Shown piece after piece: positions 54,916-64,000 of a stretch of 64,000 nt of DNA. The stretch is from the NCBI GenBank assembly GCA_951406725.2, contig OX597834.1, forward strand, positions 10,292,001-10,356,000, given 5' to 3'. Origin of the DNA: Octopus vulgaris (lineage: Eukaryota). Position numbers and translations under genes: made by a program. Every line of letters begins with the position of its first letter. Within the stretch, counting starts at the first letter, position 1. The notes below the pieces were generated by a model. It was not told the origin of the DNA, searched no databases, and saw only the letters and a program-made list of their open reading frames with translations.

Positions 54916-55095
54916 GACTGTCTCTCTCTGTCTCTGTCTATATCTAATTGTCTCTATAGATATCTGTTTATATATTTCATCCGTCTATCATCTCTCTGTC
55001 TGTCTATGTATCAATCTAGCTACTAAATGACACACAAACACATATACAAAATATAAATATGCGTGTGTGTGTGTGATTGTGTGTGTATATGTTGA

Positions 55096-55295
55096 ATCGT
55101 TAGCTTCTGCACGCATTTTTTTTTTCTCTCCTTGTTTCTCTCAGTGTTTCTTTTCTGTGTATCTTTCTGTTGAAGAGCGTAGGCTCGAAACGTAAAAGAC
55201 CTGCTTTATTTATATTCCTGAGCGCCATACTAATACAATTGTTTGTTTGTACTCCACCTGCCTTCGTATTTTGTTTATTTTCATAAAGCTTCCCG

Positions 55296-55341
<46 letters not shown>

Positions 55342-55528
55342 AAAGTATACGAAAATCAAAAGATGAAGACAGGTGGTGTACAAAACAAACAAATGTATTA
55401 GTATAACGCTCAGGAATAGAAAAAGTCTTTTACGTTTCGAGCCTACGCTCTTCTACAGAAAGGTACACACAAAAAACAAGGTGAGAAACAAAGAGAAAAA
55501 AAATGTGTAGTGGCTAATGATCTATCAT
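55096..55528. mobile_element. Two family H1 elements inverted around a (TA)n tract
   Basis: Hammerhead-like motifs at 55162-55199 (+, CTGTTGA) and 55426-55462 (-, CTGTAGA), with (TA)n at ~55298-55338 between them. Confidence 0.78.
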
Positions 55529-55991
55529 TTATACAATTTTATGTAGAGATTGTTAACTTCAACTAGTTTTCCGCTAGTATTGCCTCCATTGAAATTATAA
55601 ATTCTATATATACACATATAAATATATATATATGCAAATATATAGGTGCGTGTCTGCGTGTGTATGTGTATGTGTGAGTGTGTATCTGTGTATACGCATA
55701 TATCTTTTACATGCACGTCTGTAAGTACAACTGCATATATGTAATATTTTTAATGTCATCTTTTTTCTGTAATCATTCGTTCATCTGACCCCAAATCAGA
55801 TTGTGGTGTCCCCTCTTTGTTGGCCCCTTGCGGGTAATAAAAAAAATGCATATCCTTAAATCCTTAAAAATGTTTCAGCCCGAAGGCTGCGGCCATACTG
55901 GAGCAACACCGCTGATATATGTAATATTTGTAATATTGTAATATATATATATATGTAATGTAATATTTGCATCGAATTCATTACATTTCAG

Positions 55992-56319
55992 AAAGCTGAG
56001 TTAGCTGTTGCTGGTATGTCTATTACATACAAACGCGAAAAAGTTATCGACTTCACAAAACCATTCTTGAACCTCGGCATCACCATATTATACAAGAAGC
56101 CGATGAAAAAACCACCCAAGTTATTCTCGTTCCTCTCTCCTCTTACTTCGGAGGTATGGGTATATATCATCGCCGCCTACCTTGTTGTCAGTTTTATGCT
56201 CTACATTATTGCGAGGCTAAGTCCCTACGAGTGGTATGAATCCGGATCGGACGAACTGGATAATCAATTCACTGTTCTAAATAGTTTGTGGTTTACCATA
56301 GGTTGCCTTATGCAGCAAG
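55992..56319 (+). CDS. GRIK2-like: Kainate-type iGluR internal exon (end of S1, M1, M2 pore loop with Q/R site), 328 nt, phase 0-1
   Basis: ttacatttcag|AAA...CAG CAA G|gtaag. Translates [109 protein letters not shown](G). The next exon (SYTANLAAF) was not found in the window. Confidence 0.97.
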
Positions 56320-57222
56320 GTAAGCGTTCGACATTTTATTACTTTTCAGTTTTTGGTTCCTTGATTCCCTTTTCCTTTATACATAATAATTTTGGTCATT
56401 TTTCAATTCAAAACGGCAGAGCCCTCCATCTAAAAATGAAGAGTTCGGGCCGAAATTTTATGCATATTTCTTCTTATCACAGCACATTATATATACATAT
56501 ATTTCCCCTTTTTAATTTTATCTTCCTCTGTATTGGATTTTGTCAAAACTAACCACCAGTAGTTTTCTCTCCAATTCTATTAATAATATCATATTTGGTA
56601 TGTCGTTAGTAGAACGCAAGTACTTGTAAAGTCGAATGTAAGCTCCCAGAGGCATGTATTGACGACCGCTTTTCGGATCCTCGTTGTAGTAACTTCAATC
56701 TTGTTACGTAACTGCAATTAATTATCAAGGAATGCAAAGCGTATATTCCAAACAATTTTCTTCCGACAGTATTGTACCTCTGAACGATAAACAACTCTTC
56801 TCTTAGTGTTCTTGTGGATTAATTCCTTAAATCAAATACTTAAGATTGCTAAACATTCTATTATAATTTACAGCGTACAGCTAAAGTGGTGTTTCTTAAC
56901 CGGGGTTCGTACGATGCCCGAGGGCCCATATAAGATTTTTAGGGGCCCACACCACAAAATATTAAATTAGAGAGGCACAGTGGTATCTTAAGTGCTCCTG
57001 AATAATTTTTTTTCTTTAGATCTATGTATTGGTATGTATTGCAAGAAACACAAGTTTTTTCTCTCTAACATTTTACATAGTTTAATCTGTACAAGTGAAT
57101 GTGTGAAAATTTCAAAAAGAATGTTCAACGAATTTTCCCATAGCGTGCTCCGTTAGTAGATGGAAACGCTTTGAAAATCTGTCAGATGGGTCTCTTCTAT
57201 ACGTAGGTGATATTATCTAACC

Positions 57223-57813
57223 CAGTGGTTTCCAAACTATTAGTCGCAACCCACAGATGGGGCGCGAACGGAATCTTAGTGGGTCGCAAAACTCGGCCAG
57301 GGCAGGCGCAAAATCGGAGGGCAGAAGAAGCGCTACAAGGATAGTCTCAAGGTCTCTCTCAAAGACTTCTCCATCGGAACAGAGACCTGGGAGACACTTG
57401 CTGCCAACCGCTCATCCTGGCGCAGCGCAATCACCGTGGGAGCAGGGACTGCCGAGGAGGGACGGATTCGGTCAGCGGAGCAGAAACGTCAGATGCGTAA
57501 AGCCAGAGCCGCCTGCACCAGTAGCACGGCCCCTACCCACTTCTGCCCCACCTGTGGGAGGGGCTTCCTTGCCCGGATTGGCCTTATCAGCCACCTCCGG
57601 TCTCATGGCGGACGTTCCATCAGATGATGTCAGTTGGTTATCTTCGAACCAAAGGACGAACATAATAATAATAGTGGGTCGCAAAAAGTTATAAAATTAC
57701 GCATTAGATTTGATTAACTGCTGTCTATCGAGATAGTTCAAGACATAAGTGGGTCGTCATAACCTGGTGTGATAAATGGTGGATCTCGACTCTAAAATGT
57801 TTGGGAACCACTG
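57223..57813. mobile_element. hAT-type MITE (interrupted by an RTE insertion)
   Basis: TIR CAGTGGTTTCCAAAC / GTTTGGGAACCACTG; 8-bp TSD atctaacc / atctaatc. Confidence 0.82.
57292..57671 (+). mobile_element. 5'-truncated RTE-clade LINE with intact ORF C-terminus (C2H2-like finger)
   Basis: Open frame LGQGRRKIGGQKKRYKDSLKVSLK...WETLAANRSSWR...FCPTCGRGFLARIGLISHLRSH...* (stop at 57627), (taa)n tail, and a perfect 15-bp TSD tagtgggtcgcaaaa (57277-57291 / 57672-57686). Confidence 0.9.
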
Positions 57814-58581
57814 ATCTAATCTGTCACTCGGTTTAACATCACTGACTTGCAGTACATCGTTACTTTTGGTGGGCAAAACACCGTTGCAAGCATTCAGGTC
57901 AGGTGCCGTGGCCAAGTATATCTTACACCGGGTGCTCTGAAATCAGTTACCTAGGCTGCACTTACTATTACGACAAAAATATTAAATATATATATATATT
58001 GAATAATGAAAGAAATTATTTTTCTTTCGCCAAATATTCACTTTATCTTAAACCGTCTCAGAAAGACTTCGTATTGTCAGAAGGACTTCATTGTTTTAAC
58101 ACACTGTTACAAATTCATAAAACATTAAAAAGACAACGAGGTTTCGAATCCCGGTCGGAGACATTTCACTTTAACTCTCTTACTAATCCTTTAAATTATG
58201 CATGAATGTCACTAATTCATATATTTATATCCTTTGTCATCCTACTAATCGTTATAAATATAAAGAAAATCAAGAACAACAACAACAACAACCAACCTTA
58301 ACATATTTGCTTGATTGCTTGCTTTTTTTGTCTGTTTTTCATATATTTGTTCTGTATTCTCTCCTCTCTTTGTATGTTTTAAAAAATCAACAACAAAACA
58401 TTTAAAAAATTTCAGGCTGCCATTTCATGAAAACAAAGGAACCTTATTTTAATTATTTCTTCACCATTTCTCTTTCTCTCTTTTTCATATATGTATATAT
58501 ATTTATATAGATAGGCTTGTGTGCATGTATGGATACATCACATTTCACTGTTACTGCAATTATACATATATATATACATGC

Positions 58582-58614
<33 letters not shown>

Positions 58615-58749
58615 CATGCATATATATATATATATATATCATGCATATATATATATATATATACATGCATATATATATATATATATACATGCATATATAT
58701 ATATATATATACATGCATATATATATATATATATATATATATACATGCA

Positions 58750-58839
<90 letters not shown>

Positions 58840-58943
58840 CATGCATAATATATATATATATATACATACATATATATGCATATATATATACACATATATA
58901 TACACATATATATATACACATATATATATAAATATATACACAC

Positions 58944-58976
<33 letters not shown>

Positions 58977-59504
58977 CATACACATATATATATACACACA
59001 TATACATATATATACACATATATATACACACATATACATATATATACACACATATATATATGTATATATATATAGTGCATGTGTTTGAAATTAACTGTTG
59101 TCCGAGTAAACTCACTCCTTAGCCAGGTACAAGCACATCTTAAAACGTTGCACCAATGAGCAATTCAGATGCTCAGGTGAGGGAAGAATGCACAGGTACT
59201 CCTCTGCTAAGTCTTGTGTTTTTGACTCGGAACCGAAGAAACTACGAAAGTAACAATAACCATCAACATGATATCCGGATCGCCGAAATTACAAGGAATT
59301 GGTTTGAAAGGACGGTTGTGTATTTTTTTGCTGGAAAACGTTTCTGCGATTAAAACTTAATAAATCGTGCACAATATATTCCCTTTTCAGATGACCAACA
59401 CCTACCCCCAACAAGCACCAAATATTTGTTGTAACAAACAGAGATCGAAAACTACACACACATATATATATATGCATGTATATATATATATTAAAGTATA
59501 TATA

Positions 59505-59549
<45 letters not shown>

Positions 59550-60838
59550 TCATATATATGTATATATATGTAAATATATATACGTATATATGTATGTATA
59601 TATGTATACATATATATATATTCATATATATGTAAATATATATACGTATATATGTATGTATATATGTATACATATATATATACATTCATATATATGTATA
59701 TACATTCATATATATATATATTTGTATATATACATTCATATATATGTATATATGTGTATATATATATATACGTTCATATATATGTATATATATGTGTATA
59801 TATATATACACGTTCTTGTGTATGTCTGCAGGCGAGTGCGTACCTGCGCGCGCTTTCATGTGTGTGTCTGTATGTGTGGATGAATGTGTTTATAAATTGT
59901 GATATTTTACAAAAGTCTCTTTGAATTTCCTCGAATACTTGATTTGTCTGAATTTCCTATTGCAACTATATTGCGCTCAGTCGTAAGGAAATATTGTTAA
60001 TTACTTCTTCGTGAGTAATTTGTAATAAAATTCTTCGTTTGAAATTCATCATTAAAAGATGTGTTCTCGTATGTACGTATACTCGCCTTTTGTCTAGTAT
60101 GTATATGTGCGTTAGTTCTTGCGAACGAACATACCGACATACAGAATTTCGCGTAAATAATATGAAATTGTTTTCTCGTTACAATTTGTCACCATTTTAA
60201 TATGGACAGATAGCAGGGAACAAGTACTGAGAACGTGTCTTTTGATGAAATTGTTAAGTGTGAAATATAATGAAATATGAATTCTTTGAATTGCGAACTA
60301 AATTAAATATGCACCAAGCTTCACTTGAATAATAAATATGTTGATATTAGAACACTTATGACTATGAGAAATATATAAAAAATTAAGTGACATTTATGTT
60401 TGGGAATTGATAGTGATTATTATGTAGTGTCTAGCGACGTTCGCTGAACATAATAACACTGCATACCAGTTTGACCTCCATCTTCGGTCATATAAATTAT
60501 AGAAAGACTAAGAGTCACTTCTTATAACAACTAAGTGGATGTCTTTAGGTATTTTGCAGTAGTTTCTCTCTAGATACATGGCACTAGAGAATGGACATAA
60601 TTTCATCGCTATAAGTATTATTAAAGAAGGATATAAAAGAAAAAAACACTTTTACTCAATTTATGAAATAATGTATAGAATAAAATGACAATGATAAATC
60701 TTTCCTTGAGTTATTAATGTTCACGTAGTTCGTAAAGTTTAACTGCTGACTTAGATGTATCAAACGATTGTAAAACAGATCTATCTTTACTGCATGGAAT
60801 TTTAGAATTCCCAAAATACTTTCCACCGCATAAACATG

Positions 60839-61507
60839 TGGCTTCAAATTTTGGTACAAGGCCAGCACATTAGGGGGAGGGGTTAAGTCAATTTAATCGC
60901 CCCCAGTACTCAACTGGTACTCATTTTATCGACCCCGAAAGAATAAAAGGCAAAGTTGATCTCGGCGGAATTTGAACTCGGAACGTAAAGACGGACGAAA
61001 TAACGCTAAGCATTTTGCTTGGCGTGCTAACGATTCTTGCAGCTCACCACTTTAGCAACAACAACAACAACCATTTCGATTTTGATAAAATCTTTACGTT
61101 ACCAAAATGCCACTATGTTGCCAAAACGTCACTAAGCATTTTCCTCGGCGTGCTTAGTGATTCTGTCAGCTCAACGCCTGTCTACATGCAAAATTTTGCG
61201 ACCAGAGAAGAAAAATATAATTTCCGGTTAGCTAAAATTTTTGCATTGGTTTCTAATTTAGACACAACGCAAGCAATATTTTATTTCTTCATTGCTCACA
61301 AGGGGTTAAATATAGAGGGGACAAACAAGGACAGACAAACGGATTAAGCCGATTATATCGACTCCAGTGCGTAACTGGTACTTAATTCATCGACCCCGAA
61401 AGGATGAAAGGCAAAGTCGTCCTCGGCGGAATTTGAACTCAGAACGTAACGGCAGACGAAATACGGCTACACACTTCGCCCGGCGTGCTAACGATTCTGC
61501 CAGCTCG
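60839..61507 (-). mobile_element. SINE family B copies (60839-61031, 61286-61507)
   Basis: gaaaggatgaaaggcaaagtcg...ctcggcggaatttgaactcagaacgtaac...ctgccagctcg. Confidence 0.82.
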
Positions 61508-61603
61508 GGGTCTTAGTCCATTACAATTAGCCCAATAATTGACTGGTTATTTATTTCCTCGACCTAGATAGGAAACAGCCAGCGAGATCGAAGTTTTAAC
61601 ATA

Positions 61604-61905
61604 TCTTTATATATAAAAGTGAAGTTGTGTGAGTGTCTGTCTCCTACGATTTAGATTCCTAACTACTCCCACATTTTGCGGTGCAGTTTAACCAAAAGCG
61701 GGTATCTTATAGTCGGGATTCATATCGAGCCCTTCTGGGTATTAGCGCGCGTCTACAATGAATCTACGATTAAAAAAAAAAATTAACATCATTTTTTCCC
61801 ATTTTTAATGCATTTTTTGTTATTATATAAGGGAAGTAACTCTCTAAAAATGCTTATATAGTTATTTCCCTTACAAACCCGAGCAACGCCGGGCGATACT
61901 GCTAG
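61604..61905 (+). mobile_element. Non-autonomous Helitron (3' end shared with the 48383 copy)
   Basis: a|TCTTTATATATAAAA 5' end, cccgagcaacgccggg hairpin, CTAG|t end. Confidence 0.8.
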
Positions 61906-62703
61906 TCTTATATATTTCCTGTATAAATACTAATTTAACATGTCCCACATGAATGAACTGAAACAAATGAATAAAGATTCTTTCTATCTTTCTTTCTATT
62001 CAGAATGAAAACTTCAGATACATCAAAGGGTTATAATTAAGTAAACACATCATATAGCCATCAGTTCTAATCTCACTCATTGTTACATCTATAAGATGTT
62101 GCAACATCGCATAATTGAAAACACCTACTGAAAGTAGACACTGTCTTAAGCATAAAGAAAACCACCTGTGCTTCTGACACTGTAATTTATATAATCTATA
62201 CTTACTGAGAGAGCTGAAATTGTAGAGTTCATATTTTCGACTGCGGGGGCAGACGTCTCGACTTTTCAGCTCATAAACAAGCAATAGTGTCACTAATTAC
62301 CAAGTCGGTAATGATCATGTTTGTTCCCACATTCATACGTGTATTTACATAAATATATGCAGACTTTTATATATGCAGATATATACAGACTTATATATAT
62401 GCAAGCTTAAACATAAATGCATATATGCGCAAATATATAATGTAATGCATATATATGCGCAAATATATAATGTTATGCATACACATATATATATAAATAT
62501 AAAGGCTGGAGGCATCGCTGTTGATAGAAGGTTTAACCACAGTTCTTTTACAAATGCGTCTTGTATGTTAGATTTTGTGGGTGATTCTAGGAACTGGTAT
62601 GGGGCAGAGGCGTATTTCTTCAGCTCACAATTAGAAAGACATATTTTGTTGAATGATTGGCAGGCATGCGTTCTTTTTATGTAACAATGACCGATCATTA
62701 TAA

Positions 62704-62740
<37 letters not shown>

Positions 62741-63333
62741 CATACATGCATATATACATACATACATGCATATATACATACATACATGCATATATACATA
62801 CATACATACATATACATACATACATTTACATACATGCATACATATATATATATATATATATATACACATACATATATATATATATACACATGAGTATATA
62901 TATACATATATATGCATATATAGGTATATATATATTTATATAAATAAGGAGAAGATCATACATACATACATATGTACATATAGATGTGTGTGTGTGTGTG
63001 TGTTTGTTTGTGTGTGTGTTTGTGTGTGAATGCGTTTACATTGATTGGTACTGGTATTATTGTTTACCTCCCATAGATGTAGCATTCGGCAAAGAGGAAT
63101 ACATAAAAATTATATAGAATGCAACTAATTATTAAGTGAATATTATCGTTCGATTTGGCGAAATATTTTGCCGGCTCTCTATGATTGAAACAAGAAAATT
63201 CACTTACAAAACTAAAAGTTTATTACGAATCTCCCAAGTAAGGGACCTTAAGGGATTCAGCTTTGAATACAGCGTTTTTTACTCCATCCAGCTCGTTTTT
63301 CTCAAGCCCAACTTTACAAACGGCTGGTTTCCC

Positions 63334-63657
63334 GAGCTGGCAGGAACGTTAGCACGCAGGGCGAAATGCTAAGCGGTATTTCGTCTGCCGTTACGTTCTG
63401 AGTTCCAATTCCGCCGAGGTCGACTTTGCCTTTCATCTTTTCCCCTCTATGTTTAGCCCCTTGTGGGTAGTAAAGAAATAGGTATTTCGTCTGCCGTTAC
63501 GTTCTGAGTTCAAATTCCGCCGAGGTCGACTTTGCCTTTCATCCTTTCGGGGTCAATAAATTAAGTACCAGTTACGCACTGGGGTCGATGTAATCGACTT
63601 AATATGTTTGTCTGTCCCTTCTATGCTTAGCCCCTTTTGGGTAGTAAAGAAATAGGT
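63334..63657 (+). mobile_element. SINE family B, tandem dimer
   Basis: Same gtaaagaaatag|gtatttcgtctgccgttacg junction at ~63481. Confidence 0.85.
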
Positions 63658-64000
63658 TTCCGGATTTCCATGCCAAGATCACATTTCTCTGAACGGGACG
63701 CTGTTCTGTTTTAGGGTTCAAGGCAGGAAATTTTGAAGGGATGGTATAAGATGATTACATCAACTCCAGCACTTAGCTGGTACTTTTTTTTTCTTCCATC
63801 CGAAAGTAATGAGAAGCAAATTTGCTTTCTGCGGGATTTGACCTCTTAATGTAAAGTGTCGGATTAAATGTCAATTAGCATTTTGTCCAACATCGTTGCG
63901 ATAATACCAGCTCGTCACCTCTTATCTAACAGTATTGAATAATATTTTATTGTTTTATTCAATATTAATTTTTAGTGGGGAAACCAAAATTGATTTTCTC

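Noticed and set aside
56320-56552. Extension of the M2 exon ORF (GKRSTFYYF...)
   Set aside because: This is read-through past a canonical G|gtaag donor. Homology stops at QQG.
59381-62040. Possible next exons at 59391 (cccttttcag|AT...) and 62004 (tctattcag|AATG...)
   Set aside because: Both hit stops within ~15 codons in the frames examined and lack the expected P...STR/WWFF/SYTANLAAF sequence. The true exon is probably beyond the window.

Overview
This is AT-rich, microsatellite-saturated animal genomic DNA. The SINE families and repeat landscape suggest a coleoid cephalopod such as Octopus (inference). The whole window appears to lie inside one + strand gene encoding a kainate-type ionotropic glutamate receptor. 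Five internal coding exons are readable: 11927-12079, 15985-16089, 52571-52684, 54657-54854 and 55992-56319. They cover the end of the ATD, S1, M1 and M2 up to the genomic CAG (Q) at the Q/R site. The 5' exons and the M3/S2/M4 exons were not found here. The introns hold three tRNA-derived SINE families, LINE 3' ends (CR1/L2-like, RTE, and a (TATC)n-associated Tx1-like family), two non-autonomous Helitrons, hAT/TIR MITEs, a 41-bp satellite and a ~2.5 kb block of unknown coding-like repeats. The main unexplained signal is a set of at least seven unrelated short elements, mostly fold-backs, each built around a minimal type-I hammerhead-ribozyme fold of the Penelope type. They show 3:8 covariation (C:G, U:A, G:C), different palindromic helices III, and usually an extra purine after A9. 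One of them is fused to a tRNA-derived Pol III head. The 36.5 kb intron also contains a candidate 9-nt micro-exon and a candidate recursive splice site. Nearly all ORFs in the supplied track are microsatellite artefacts. All coordinates were read by eye; repeat boundaries are approximate.
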